A DNA stretch of 63,515 nucleotides, filler included, from Octopus bimaculoides (Eukaryota): the NCBI RefSeq assembly GCF_001194135.2. It is 6 parts of 6 records of this genome, joined end to end, with 100 filler letters (N's around TTAATTAATTAA, not from the genome) between each part and the next. Parts side by side here need not be neighbours in the genome. Positions count along the whole stretch, not along the records: positions 1 to 17,422 come from NC_068983.1; 5 more parts are not named here. One strand, given 5' to 3'. A program made the position numbers and the translations under genes. Shown one piece after another: positions 1-13,314 of the stretch (positions within the stretch are counted from its first letter, which is position 1; every line of letters begins with the position of its first letter). The notes under the pieces are model-generated. The model saw nothing but the letters and a program-made list of their open reading frames with translations, was not told the origin of the DNA and ran no database searches.

Positions 1-55
<55 letters not shown>

Positions 56-60
56 ATGTA
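1..60. repeat. (TA)n/(TATG)n microsatellite
   Basis: Direct sequence. Confidence 0.95.
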
Positions 61-259
61 TGTCTTCTCCCTGGCTGGCTCCTGTCAACTGTCCTACTCA
101 TTCATGCATGCATGGAAGACGGACATTAAATGATAATGATATCATTATTAAAAAATGTTAGTGGTTTGTTTTTTTGAAAACAAATGCTAATGTCCTACTT
201 ACATTTTCACACTGAGTTAAAAATAATAATGAAATTTCATTAAAAAGTTTGATATATGA

Positions 260-530
260 GTTTTTTCTTACTAATGCCACTCTAACGCTACTGGCATAAC
301 ACCCTCAATTACACAAATTTATATAAACTGTTGACTATACAAGATTTAAATCCTCCAAAATTCTGCAGTGGAGTAAAACTTATTGTGAAGAAAATGATGC
401 CACATGTTATAGAAGCTACTCTACTCTCTGGATGTGGAGCAAACAATAATGTATTCACTACTAGAATTCCGTTAATACCTACTGATATACCAGTAAAATT
501 TACCTGCAAGAAATAGCAACTCAAATGCCT
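260..530 (+). mobile_element. Helitron PIF1-like helicase remnant
   Basis: ORF 331-516 QDLNPPKFCSGVKLIVKKMMPHVIEATLLSGCGANNNVFTTRIPLIPTDIP resembles the Helitron helicase segment LRNLxPPxLCNGTRLxVKxLxxxVIEAxILTGxxxGxxVFIPRIPLIP; stops follow. Confidence 0.8.
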
Positions 531-1959
531 TTAAATCAAAGCCCAATGCTGGATGTTCGAGAACTAAATGAAGGGCAGATTTTAAATTCTGAGATCATCC
601 TGATTCCAAAATAGTATAACATGTTTATGTAGAGCAAATGTAGAATAATAATTCAATTTTAATCTCTTATATTAAAACCTTCAGCTCAAATCTATCAACA
701 GATTTTGATAATATTTTAAAGGCTGTTCTATGATTTATAATTGAATATTTATACTGGTTATTTTTACTACTGACAAATTATTAGATGAAATAGTTTTTCA
801 AATTTACTAATTTATGTTCTGGATAATTGTTCCATTCAAAATAATTAAAATGACTTTCAAATCAATACAGAGCTATTAGATTTATCTACACCTCATTCAT
901 TTTCTAGTTGCTGTTGTATTTAACATATCTAATTACTTGCAAATAGGCAAATGCAATCCTAAAACAAAGTGATTGATTTTATGTATATAATCTTGTGCTA
1001 GATTTCTAATTAACGAGGCAGCTTATCTTGATGTGTTATTTAGTGATTAAGATTTAAAATGCAACTGAATTAATAAGAACACAGCTTGATCTGATAGGAA
1101 CTTGTTAAAAAATGTCAAAATTAATGATTATTTGACAGAAAGATTCTCGAAACAAGCATGTTTGATCATCAATTTATATTTGAAATAACAAATATGACAA
1201 CCATTACTTTTGAAATAAATGTTGTTCAATATATGATGCAATTAGCACAAGAAATTTTATTCTTATAAGAAATTTGCATTAGAAAGAATTGATACGAGGT
1301 CATTAAAGATTTATGACAGGATGAGCATGGCATTGTAATTCAAAATGACATTATAGCTGAATGTAATCATTGTAAATAATGATGGAAAGCAATTTCTTCT
1401 ATGAATAAAAAGCTATGAATATCTGTAATTTTCCTTTTATGTTTTAAAATAGAAAACTACTTCAATGAATATGGTAACCATCACACTTATGGCTATCCCT
1501 TACATTCTTATAAATTAGTTGTATTTCAAAATATCTGGTTTTGATTGATACCTCTGAAAATTATTTCAGCTTCTTGATAGTTATAAGTCCAAGTGTATCT
1601 TAACTTTTCATTTTCAAACCTCTTTGTAATAAAAATTCTAAACATTTTAGTTTTGGTAATTTGTGTGGCTATTTCTTTCATAATTTATTTTAAAAGCTTA
1701 ATAAATAAGTTGGATGCCTAAAATATTATCATGAGTCATCATTTGTACTGCTGGAATTTCAGACTGTTAATTTCATCTTTTGGAATAGTTTAGTCTTCCA
1801 ATTGCCATCAGGTGCCATATAAATGTACATAATCTTGAGTTGGGATTAATGTCATAAACTTTTATTGCATGCAGGATTAGACTATACCAGATAAGTAGAA
1901 AGTCCTTATTCTAACTGTATACTCTTACTGTATGTAGTTTGATAACATTCATCTATTAA

Positions 1960-3500
1960 TATATTTAGATGGTTTTATATATTTTTATCATCTTCTACCA
2001 GAATGGCTTCATGGTAGCACCCGTGCATAGAAAGAGCTTTCACACTTACTACTTGCTTTTTTTCTAAATCCACGATGCCCACTGTCAACAAGATTACATC
2101 AAAACTACTTTCCTCTACCTCAACATACAAGTGTGCAAACAATTCCTGGCACTGACAGCGATTCTTTTGTCTGCAGAACTGGTCTGTCTGTGTCAAACGC
2201 TTCAATTTTCCTTTCTGTCTTTAAGGATCTATTCTATTCTTAGGAGAACATGCTTCTGTATATTCCATCCCAAAGGATGGTGCAATATGTCTAACCCTGT
2301 TGACTATTGATCTATCATTCTCAAATTCAGTATCTACAAGGCAATGGAAACACTCATCAACTATCATATACTCCAAGACCTTGAGCTTCACTCCCCAATC
2401 GCCTCCTGTAATTTTCAATATAGATAGATATACTGAAAAATTACCCTCTTGTTCAATACATGATAGGTCTCTCACTCTTGAGAAGTTTGCAAAAGTAGTT
2501 GTATATTTGTCATCAGCTAAGTCTTTGATTATGCATAGGAAAAGAATCCGGTTAAGGTGTGCACCTATCTGTGTGTCATTTCTTGACGACAGATAGGTGG
2601 AGATATACTAATCTTATCTCTTTCATTAGTAAGAAAACATAAATACTACTTTTGTTGTGACTGGGGAGAGTCATACTGCCTTAATAAATACTACTCATAC
2701 TAAGAAAACACAATCATACTTATATTCAATTAAAACATTAAACAGCATGCAAACTTATGCTCTCATGATCACTCCAAATAATGAACCACTCTATCACTGA
2801 GAATCTTTCCTGGCAAAAGCACATCCTTAACATAGCTAGAATGCATTCCTATATCTAGCCTTTCTAAATACGACAAGAAAACTGATTAACCAGTAACTGC
2901 AAATCAAAAAAGCTTTTGGTAATTGTTCTGTCTGTATTGCACCGCTGCTCTCTTGCTGCTTTCACTATCATAATGACATCTCTCAATAATTGATTGACTC
3001 ACTGGAATACAGTAACCAATAAAGCTGTTGTTCACAAAATGTGATATGAAATAAAATTTTTTTAAAATTAACAGCCACTTTGTTTTTCGTGCAACCACCA
3101 TCTTACTTTTGTTCAACAGGGACATTCATTTCTTCAATCTCACTGGTCTTGGATGACTTGCAAAAGCCATGACAGTGGCTCATCCGCCAGACTGAATCAT
3201 TAAAAAAAGAGAAAATAACTTTCCCCAAAACCAGCTGTCCACTGTCTTATTTACTGATATTGTTTCTTGGAACTGGTTATTTGCATACTACCTCCATCCA
3301 AGCATACACAACAGACTCATCTCCCTAGCTATTTTCGCTCATTCTTTATCTCACTTCTCCAGGCCCTCCAATAACACCTGAGCCCTAATTTTCCTCCCTA
3401 GAACACCAACTCACTGGAATTCTCTTCCTGTGTACATTTGTCATTCAGACACCAGTTTGTTGGTGTCCAAATTGAAGATTAAGTTTATCATTTCCACTAG
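1960..3500 (+). mobile_element. Decayed CR1/L2-type LINE reverse transcriptase region
   Basis: 2281-2400 reads SNPVDY*SIILKFSIYKAMETLINYHILQDLELHSP (cf. SNPxNYRPISLxxxxSKxMExxIN); ~3400-3490 reads FLPRTPTHWNSLP (CR1/L2 C-terminal motif); many stops and frameshifts. Start is approximate. Confidence 0.7.
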
Positions 3501-3626
3501 TCTTAGAGAGCTTGTGGAGGTCATAGGCATACTCTTGCCCTATTGATGAAATAAGTATTGTAAAGAAAACAATTCATGTACATTATTTACATTAGACGGA
3601 TATTTATCCTCATCTTGTTTGTCATT

Positions 3627-3672
3627 AACACAATGTTTCAGCTGATATACCCTCCAGCCTTCATTAGGTGTC
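3627..3672 (-). ncRNA. Minimal type I hammerhead ribozyme motif (degenerate copy)
   Basis: Reverse complement GACAC-CTAATGA-A-GGCTG-GAGGGTATAT-CAGCT-GAAA-CAT-T-GTGTT; one core substitution. Confidence 0.55.
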
Positions 3673-3720
3673 TTGAGGAAATATTGAAACTGGGTTCTCA
3701 TTCCCAAAGTATTTTTCGAC

Positions 3721-3763
<43 letters not shown>

Positions 3764-3986
3764 TCACTGCCTGGAATCGAACTTGGAATCTTGGGGTTAG
3801 TAGCCCGTGCTCTTAACTACTATGCCATATGCTCGTTCATATGGCATAGTGGTTAAGAGCACAGGCTACTAACCCCAAGATTCCAAGTTCAATTCCAGGC
3901 AGTGACCTGAATAATAAAAACGAAGAGGAGAAGGAGGAGGAGGAAGATATCTTAGGAATGCAAACCCAAGTTCAAAATTTCCCCAA

Positions 3987-4032
3987 GACACCTGATGAAG
4001 GCTAGAGGGTATATCAGCTGAAAAGTTGTGTT
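3987..4032 (+). ncRNA. Minimal type I hammerhead ribozyme motif (degenerate copy)
   Basis: GACAC-CTGATGA-A-GGCTA-GAGGGTATAT-CAGCT-GAAA-AGT-T-GTGTT: CUGAUGA and GAAA core, stem I GACAC/GTGTT. Confidence 0.6.
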
Positions 4033-5094
4033 AATGACAAGCAAAATGAGGATAAATATCCATCAAATGTAAATATTGTACATAATTCCTCCCTCATCCC
4101 TTAAATACAGAACTGTATTAACAATTCATGTGTAAATTTGATAGCTGATTAGTAAAGCTTGTAACAGGTAATTTCACTGAACTATACCTTTCCTGCAAAT
4201 CAGAAATGTATTTTAAATTTAAATTTCTAATCATTTCCTTTATCTTTTTGATTGGTTAATTGTATTAACTTCACAACCTTAATTGTTGATTGATTCCAGT
4301 TTGTATTGATCCCACTCAAGGTTTTGCTATCTTGTTAGTTTTTTTTTGTTTTGCTTCTGAAATCATTTATAACTGGCCTTTTGTGATGATTGATATAATT
4401 CTAAGCTATAGTTGGGCAGCTGGTATTAATTCTTATTTTCTTATAAGCATGTATAGTGTATCTACACCTCTTGTAGGTGGAGCATTGTTATTCTTGCTTG
4501 CAATATCATGCCTCTGGACTTAAACCAACTAAGCTGGGTAGATATTAGTTTCTTTTGCATAAGCACAACTACATTTTTATAACATTTTGGGCATTTTTGA
4601 TAAAACTAGCCCTGTATATTAATGGTGCTTTTTTTATTGTGTCTTGTGGTTTGAAAGTCAAAAGGTGATCAAGTTAAAATATTTTTCATATTTTTTTGTT
4701 ATAATTTTTTTTTATTATTATTAGCTTTCTAAAATCCATCAAGCAATATTTGTACATATCCTCTATGTACAAAATTAGAATAAAGCTGAGAGAAATGAAA
4801 AGGAAATAATTCAACTGCTCACATGAACATCAAGCATTGTTAGAATCATTCTTGCAAATATTTGATTTTGTTGCTTATTTCATTCAATTATGGTATGAGA
4901 TAGCAGTAGGTGTTCTTTTTGTGTATACACTATTAATTGGATTGTGTGCCTGATGACTAAGCTGTCTTAATTACTTTAGCTATGCCTCCTGAACTAATGG
5001 TTTCCTTGATGTCGTGGTGTAGAATGTATCTTTGTGTGTGTGCGTACACACACACACACACACATGTATATATGTATAATTTTTATCATCACCA

Positions 5095-5560
5095 TCATTT
5101 AATATTCATGTTGCATGCTGGCATGAGTTGAATTGTTTGATAGGATCTGATGTGTCTGAAGACTCCACTGTGCCCCTATGTCAGCTTTGGCACGGTTTCT
5201 GCAGCTGAGTGTTGTGGTATTCTGAGATGTTCTCTGGGTTTCTTAAAGATAAAGCATTATCTACCTTGGACATTGTTATCAACACATTACAAGAACTGAG
5301 ACAATAGAAAAGGAATCTGGGGAAGGAGTCTGTCATGGGGTTCCCTGAGGTACAGCTGAATTCTGGCATTGATGTTCATTGTAATATCCCTTCATCTATG
5401 GATGATATTATCTGGATTGCAGCCTTGTACATCATCACTCTTTGACTTGAATCTGCTTTTACCAGCTAAGAAGGCATTCCAGATGTCCTTCCTAATGCCA
5501 ACCATTTTATCGTGTGTACTAGGTTATTTTTTCATGGCACCAACATAAGTGAGGTTACTA
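5095..5560 (-). mobile_element. RTE-type 3' tail repeat fragments
   Basis: Contains GATGTCCTTCCTAATGCCAACCA, the reverse of the family motif TGGTTGGCGTTAGGAAGGGCATC seen at 12490, 15185 and 16605. Confidence 0.6.
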
Positions 5561-6049
5561 TGCAACTTGCAGAGCTAAGATCACTTTTGACTGAGTGGGG
5601 CTGCATTAGATAAGGAGGTGGATTTATGCTAAAGGATGACTTGAGAGAGAAGAGGCTAGATCAGAACAAGTATCTTGCTGTAGGTGAGTTACACATTATA
5701 GAAGATAGCAGAAATGACCAATGTGAATTTAAAAGTGATAAAAATGGTGGTGATGACATGTTAGGGTGAACCCTCAAGTTATGAAGTGAGTAGAAGTGCG
5801 TGGGGACAAGAGAACATGAAATGCGGATAGTTAGAGTAAACAAGAGTGTGTGGGAGAGTGAGAGATAGTTAAAGATAGCAAATAGTTAAGATTATGAACA
5901 AGAACTGAGGGATGTTAAGTTGGTCAAGTTGAGAAGAGTAGATGACAACTGTAGAAATGATACCTGAGTTGCAGTAGCTAGGAGAAAGGAAATGACTGAC
6001 AGTGCCGAAAAGGCCTGACATGGTGGAGAGTCACAGAATAGTAATGGTA

Positions 6050-6499
6050 CTAACTGGACCAAATGATGCAGAAACTTACAAAAAAACAGCCTAGATTAGT
6101 AAACAGATCCACTCCTATTTTATTGCAAGGCAATACCAGACCATACATCACAAAAATGACATTGGCGAAACTACAGGAGTTGGAGTTTGAAGTTCTCCAT
6201 CAGCCACCATACTCACCTGATCTTGTTCCCACTGATTACCACTTCTTCCAGAATTTAGATAACTTTTTGATAGGAAAAAATATTTAATTCCGATGATGCT
6301 GTAAAACAGGCCTTCGAAGATTTTATTGGCTCTAGATTGCCAGGCTTTTACAGTTCCCGGCTGGACAAGTTACTGCTGAAATGTCAAAAATGTATTGACA
6401 ATATGGAGGCATACTTTGAGGAATAAAACTATTCCTTGCATTTATAAAACATTAGCAAACTTCTTTTCTTTTCTACAAATTTCATACTGGGCGACCTAA
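6050..6499 (+). mobile_element. Mariner (DD34D) transposon 3' fragment with right TIR
   Basis: PILLQGNTRPY...VLHQPPYSPDLVPTDYHFF (mariner SPDLAPSDY motif), frameshift, then a C-terminus ending MEAYFEE*; terminus GGCGACCTAA followed by TA. Confidence 0.9.
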
Positions 6500-7199
6500 T
6501 ATATCTGTGTAGTAGCACTTTCCTAGATGAGGTGGATGTACTCTATTGTGATTATCACTCGAGTTTTGTTGTGTGTTATTTGTTGGGGATTGAAGTATTT
6601 TCTGGTTCTAAAGTGGAGGACTAGTAGTTGTGATACAGCCATTGCTACCCTGAGCATATGTATTCTCAAGACAAATCCTTAGTGATAGTGAACCACACTT
6701 CCTTAACAATATTGAGAGTTCTATCTGCATGCTGTTCATGTTTATCAGGGAAGGCTGGGTACATTAACGTTAATTTAAGTTCAATCTAAAGTAGAAATTA
6801 TCTCTATCAGCTCGATTTGATGTCACCATGTAAAGTTTTTAAAATGTGAGTAAAAGGATGAATATACCATTCCATGTATAAATGACTCAAGCTTGTTCAA
6901 ATTATTTCCAAAATGATTTTCAAAACAGTTCTGATTATATAACTTATAAGATGTGTCTTTAAATATATTCTTAGGAGAAATCTCTGAGCCCATTGTTGCT
7001 TTTATAAAGTATATATAAATTAAAACCTTCAAACAATATTTTCTAATATCAATCATCACTAATATATGAACTATAAAAAATTTCTTTGAGAGAGATATTT
7101 GCTTATGATGATTAGGCAATATGTATATAAATATGAATAAAAGCGCTTATTTAAAATGAATTTTGATAGCAATGTAGCTTTTTGCCCACCACTCATCTA

Positions 7200-7950
7200 T
7201 CTCTAGTTTCCATTGACCACAAGATAAGGAATTGAGGGACCCTGTCAAAGGCTTTCTCCATGTCAACAAAAACCAAGTACAGAGCTTTATCTTTGGCTAG
7301 GAATTTTTCCTGCAGCTATCTTACCAGAAATATATCATCAGTGGTGCTACTCCCTGGCACAAACCCAAACTGCATCTTATCTAAGCTGATTTTCTCCCTA
7401 ATTAGTTGGGCTATGACCCTCTCCGTGACTTTCATCACTTGATACAACAATTTGATACCTCTGTAATTATTTCTATCTAAGGTGTTACCTTCACCTTTGT
7501 AGCAGTTGACTATGGTACTGCTACACTAGTCATTGGGTATGACTCCTTTGTATATCACCTGGTTAACTATACAGGTGACTAGACTATAGCCTACTTTGGC
7601 AGGTGTTTTAAGTATCTCAGCAGTGGTTCCTGATGACCCGGAGGCTTTCCTTGTCTTGATATCCTAAATTGCTTTATCTACCAAGGAACTGTCAATTTGG
7701 ATAGGTGGTCCCTCTGTTGTGTCGACATTTGGCAGACTTTTTCCCATTTATTCTCTTCATTTAGCAACTTTTCATAGTGGCATCTCCAAGCCTCTCTCTT
7801 TGCAGCATCTTTGAATGCATGTGAGCCATCAATCCATGTGGACACATTTCTCTCCTATGACATCACAATTTTCTCCCCAAGTCTCTGTTCCTCATGACAC
7901 AGAACATTGACAAATCTCTTCTTATCTGCACCAACTCTGTATTGTTATTG
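7200..7950 (-). mobile_element. RTE-clade LINE RT fragment
   Basis: Minus strand reads MQFGFVPGSSTTDDIFLVR*LQEKFLAKDKALYLVFVDMEKAFDRV. Confidence 0.88.
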
Positions 7951-7959
7951 GTTTCAAAT

Positions 7960-8170
7960 TTTGATATAAGGCCAGCTATTTCAATCGAGTGAATAAATCA
8001 ATTACATTGACCCCAGGGCTCAACAGGTACTTATTTTATTGACTTCCCAAAAGGATGAAAGGCGAAGTCCACCTTGGCAGAATTTGAACTCAGAAGGTAA
8101 AGATGGACAAAATGCCTCTAAGCATTTTGTTCAGCATGCTAACAATTCTGCCAGTTTGTTGTCTTACTCT
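7960..8170 (-). mobile_element. tRNA-derived SINE with Nin/Deu-like central domain
   Basis: GGTACTTATTTTATTGAC...AAAGGATGAAAGGCGAAGTCCACCTTGGCAGAATTTGAACTCAGAA; related to 18905-19263, 38430-38575, 48083-48205. Domain name is from memory. Confidence 0.7.
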
Positions 8171-11100
8171 GTATTGTTATTAACCCTCTAAATAAGGCAT
8201 TAGTCTCGTCTCTTTTATATGTTATTTTAGACCACTTTCAAAAGAATGTCTTCAATTACTATCTGATTGCTATTCTGTGTGTTCTCCATGCTATTATAAA
8301 AGTATAAATGTGGTCTGTCTGCAGTAGGTAAAAGAGTAGTTGTGAGTGGTATTATCTATATAGAAGAATGTTGTTAGAATTGGTAGTGAGTGGTTGTTAA
8401 TATACTGAAGGAAGTTTGGTATAACCAAACCTTGAGAGATATAAAAGTTGATAGTACCAGTCAGAAAGAGCTCAATGCACATTACATTGGGGTAGTATAA
8501 CAGGGAACATCTAATTTAATTGATTAGAGCTGGGTGAAAGTCATAGGCATGCATCTTGCTAAAGAATTCTCAAGTGAGACATGGCTGAAGGCTTTGTTTA
8601 TGTAAAAAATAGCAATATTGTTCTTTTACTCTTCAGAGTTAAAGAGTATTAGAGAGTGATGCTAGATCTGGATTCCCAGAAACCTGAATTGTGGTCACTA
8701 AAGAGAAAGAGAAATTCACAGGGATACAGGAGATGGGCATGTACAACTGCTTATGCTGTTTTCCAGATGTTAGAGATGAAAGTAATTTTCTTGTAATACA
8801 CTGACCTTTTAACATTTCAATCTGAAATCCACAAATTTTATTTTCTACTCTAAACATTATGAACTAAGAGGAACACATGAATAATCGATAAAGCTTTATT
8901 TTTCATATATGATGATAAAGTAGGAAATAAAGTTTTTATAATTCTCTTTGATATTATTATTCGATATTATGTAGAACATCTGATGATGAATAGATCATGT
9001 AATATTGCTCTTTATTTTCTATTTACCTTGACCAGGTAGACATAATTTTAAAGCTGATTTACTATAATAATTCTCAAATGAAACAAGAATCCCATATCCA
9101 ACACCACAAATGAACAAGCAGTTAGTATTTTTGTTAAATGATATCTATCTCCAGTTCAGATGAAATTTTCCTATTAAAATTTGTTGGTGTTATACTTTTA
9201 ATTAATGCTTCAGTTTAACCCTTTTGATACCAAACCATTTGAGATCACACTTGATTTCATGGTACAGACTTCCTGTTTTAAAGCGATTTGAATTAAACAC
9301 TTCCTTTTAAAATTTCATGCTAATTTATATTCCAAGCATCATCTTAATAATGATAAAGTTATTGTACTATATTCTTCATTATTTTAAAATTAATTGAAAG
9401 AAAAACAATATATTTTAACAGAAATATGGTAATAAAAACTTAGATATACATTACTTTTGTAGTAGAGTCTACATTGAAGAAATTTTTATTTTATATAGGA
9501 AATAGTTTTTTCACCATATATCATGAAAGAAAATTCAATATGAAAAAAGTAGTTTGTGTATTATTAAAATTGATGTTTTATTTTATAGCTTATACAACCC
9601 TCTGAATAATCTAGATAATGTACACTTGAGCTTTGATTTTAACTCAATATAGCTTTTTATTCATAAACTCAGAATATAAATTTGCTGGCTAATAATTTCG
9701 CTCATCTACCCAATTTACTTTTGACATGTTCATCTAAAATATCTGAATCGATCCAGTGTTTTGAGAATTTTTGTTATCGTATGCCTTTTTGTGTATAGAT
9801 TTGCTTCTGATTTCTCTCCAGTTGGCTTATTAGTTTTTTTTAATCGAATTGCAATAGCATTTTATGTGTAGTTTAGAAGCTCAAGTCTACAGAAAATAAT
9901 ATTTTAGATCACTGTTTTTGCTGCAATATAAAATAAACAATTATTACAAATATGATGATACAATGGAAGAAGTAGCATTATATGACCAATTGCATCAGTT
10001 ACAAATGTTCCATTTTATTTTGATACAAATGATTCAGTACCTTTCTTCTCATTACCTGCATTATATTTATTTCACCAGCTCAATTAGTGGTTCAAATAAA
10101 ACCTGTTTATTATCCTTTTTCACATTGTAAAATGTTAACAATATATAAATCAAATAATACAGATCTTTTTAAAGAGAAAGTATATATTTGATTGAAGCAA
10201 TCATAAAACAGTTTTGATTTTTCTTCATTGTCACTTCCATGTTCACATGTGTTAGATCAATATTGTCTATGTGCTTATTCAGAATTACAGCTCTTCTGGA
10301 TAGGTCAGAACATCACATCTCACGTGTACGTTCCACTTTTGTTATAGTTTCTATGACTGGATGTCCTTCATAAATCAACCACTTTATAGAGTGTACAAGA
10401 TGCAATTTATGATGACACCAGCTCTAGAGAGGTTATCATATCATTACCATGACTAAAGAGACCTCTTGATGCTATCTCAGTTCATTTGCTATCCCTTTCC
10501 AGAGTTTATCAAGAAAAGTAACATCAAGTTTATGGAATTTGAATTCAGAAACATTACTGGATGCATAATATATATAGGTTTTTCTCACATTTAGTTTTTC
10601 AATTTCTATACTTTAAAAGAGAAATCATCTTGCATGAGTATGGTCTTGGAAAAATTATTGTACACAAATACATTGCAACAGCACACATTATCCAATAATA
10701 TTCATACATTACATTAAATGGATAAATAATTTCTTTGTGAATTAATGTATTATAGTTGCCATCAAAGTAATTTCTTGAAATTTCTGTTTTCTTTTCATAA
10801 ATAAGCACACTTCAAGTAATGATCTCTGTATATATATTTTACAATTCTTATTCTAATGATAATATCCTCACTGTGGAATACATGTTGTGTATAACATTGT
10901 TGTTATGTCAATATTTTCAAGGTAATCTGTTTAATAATATTGATAATCCTGTTAAAAATATTTAGTTATGTGCATTTCTTTCAATTTGATTACAAAATTT
11001 AAGAAATAAAGTTTATATACATGCATGAATAAATAATTTCCTGTATGGCTTTCTGGTTTCAAAGACTGACTAGTACCTTTCCAACATTTCACATTTCAAA

Positions 11101-12136
11101 TGTTGTTGTTAGTAGTTGGTGGTTGTCTTATTATTTATTTGATTTTTGAATAAAAATAAGCTGTTGATATACAAAAGTTTCCATAGACATCTATACCATT
11201 GACAATTCTACCCTTTACTTCCCAACTATCCATCTTATCAATATAGTAATCACAATTACTCATCTTCTAATTTAACTATATACTAATGTATAACTGATTA
11301 TTTTCTCTCTGAATTGAGACTAAATCCATCATGTCCATGATAATTTGAAACCTTTGCAAATATTTGCTGTAGAAAAATTAAAAGTATATTACTATGTCTA
11401 TTGTTCAATAATGTACAATTCTATTTATTTAAGTGTTTTAATGGTAGTTATTAAGGTTAGCAAAAGGAATAATAGTTTATGTACAAGAAAACATGTATGC
11501 ATGTACAGAAATAAATGGAGAAATTGGTACCATCTATAATTCTATTTAAGCCATAATTTCATATCATTTAATGCAGGTCTCGTGTTGATAAATATCATGA
11601 TTTCATGTAAATAACGACCAGTTTGAATTAAACTCATTTCAAAATTTATGGAAAACAATTTCCCTTTTGACTATTCTTTTACAAAGGAAGGTTATAGTTT
11701 TAATCATTATATTTATATTTAAGTGGTAACAACTTGATATTTTTCTCACTCTATACATTCTTTTATCCATTCTAGCATTTGTTAAATGACACTTTAAATT
11801 TAGATTTAGAATTAAATATTTTGAATGAATATTGTAATGGTTGGGTATCTTTCATAATAACAGCTACTCAAATGTAATTAGTAAGAGTAATTTTTCAGTC
11901 AGGTACAGTATGCATAAACAGTAGTATTCCTTAGCTTGAAGAAATGTTAAATGATTTGGATCTGTTGTTATGTATAAAAAAATAATTATGTTTCTCATTA
12001 CTACTATTTCTATTAGTCTAAAATAGTGATTACCGCAAATATTATTTACCTTAACAGATGCGCATTAAAATCATGAAGTGAATGTGTTGACGATTGTCTT
12101 CTTGTTTCTCACTTGTATGAGTTTTATTTATTTATC

Positions 12137-13314
12137 ACTAGCAGAGGCACCTGGCGTTGCTCGGGAATGAAACTGTTGCTTATATACTTGAAGAAAAAAA
12201 GGCAAAATATGCTGTATAGAAATTTGAGGACATTCTGTAGATGGACTCTCAGATGAATGATGGCTGGGCGCCTCTCATGAATGGGGAAAATTGAAGATGT
12301 GCCAAAAAGCCTCATTGGTACTTGGAAACTATTAGGAAAATTAAAATGGGGATCGTTGCCAGTGCCCCTGGACTGGCTCTTGTGCGGGTGGCACATAAAA
12401 GACACCATTTCGAGCGTGGCCGTTGCCAGTACCGCCTGACTGGCCTTCGTGCGGGTGACACGTAAAAACACCCACTACACTCTCTGAGTGGTTGGCGTTA
12501 GGAAGGGCATCCAGCTGTAGAANNNNNNNNNNNNNNNNNNNNNNNNNNNNNNNNNNNNNNNNNNNNNNNNNNNNNNNNNNNNNNNNNNNNNNNNNNNNNN
12601 NNNNNNNNNNNNNNNNNNNNNNNNNNNNNNNNNNNNNNNNNNNNNNNNNNNNNNNNNNNNNNNNNNNNNNNNNNNNNNNNNNNNNNNNNNNNNNNNNNNN
12701 NNNNNNNNNNNNNNNNNNNNNNNNNNNNNNNNNNNNNNNNNNNNNNNNNNNNNNNNNNNNNNNNNNNNNNNNNNNNNNNNNNNNNNNNNNNNNNNNNNNN
12801 NNNNNNNNNNNNNNNNNNNNNNNNNNNNNNNNNNNNNNNNNNNNNNNNNNNNNNNNNNNNNNNNNNNNNNNNNNNNNNNNNNNNNNNNNNNNNNNNNNNN
12901 NNNNNNNNNNNNNNNNNNNNNNNNNNNNNNNNNNNNNNNNNNNNNNNNNNNNNNNNNNNNNNNNNNNNNNNNNNNNNNNNNNNNNNNNNNNNNNNNNNNN
13001 NNNNNNNNNNNNNTGTAGTATTTACTCTCTCTCTCTCTCTCTCTCTCATACACACGAACACACAAAATAGAAAGTGAAGCTTTTTGCGGTTGTTACGTCA
13101 ATACCGGAAGTTGACATTGAGGAACCTTTTTAAAGAAGTGAATCTTAAATATAAAGCAATATTATTTATTTTTAATTAAAAAAATCAAATGAAGAGCCTA
13201 AGATTTATCCGAGGTCAAATTATTCATGCATTACAAGTATGGAAGCATTTGGTGAAGTCGATTTCACGTGAAAAGCGATTACACACACATCTCTGTTTTA
13301 TATATAGTATAGAT
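12137..13314 (+). mobile_element. Non-autonomous Helitron/Helentron-like element, interrupted by a repeat insertion and an N-gap
   Basis: 5' ACTAGCAGAGGCACCTGGCGTTGCTCGGG and 3' TTTTATATATAGTATAGAT resemble HINE/DINE-type termini; continuity across the gap is assumed. Confidence 0.45.
12330..12522 (+). mobile_element. RTE-tail short interspersed repeat (cut by gap)
   Basis: CACCCACTACACTCTCTGAGTGGTTGGCGTTAGGAAGGGCATCCAGCTGTAGAA, shared with 16558-16760. Confidence 0.8.

Larger units (their letters stand above)
3571..4116. mobile_element. Palindromic (head-to-head) tRNA-headed element, each arm carrying a hammerhead-ribozyme-like motif
   Basis: 3571-3831 is the reverse complement of 3838-4116 apart from the microsatellite tracts. 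Right arm has Pol III A box TGGCATAGTGG (3842-3852) and B box GTTCAATTCC (3887-3896). Confidence 0.85.

Noticed and set aside
3842-3910. Functional tRNA gene
   Set aside because: A and B boxes are present but there is no acceptor-stem pairing, and the sequence is part of a multicopy repeat
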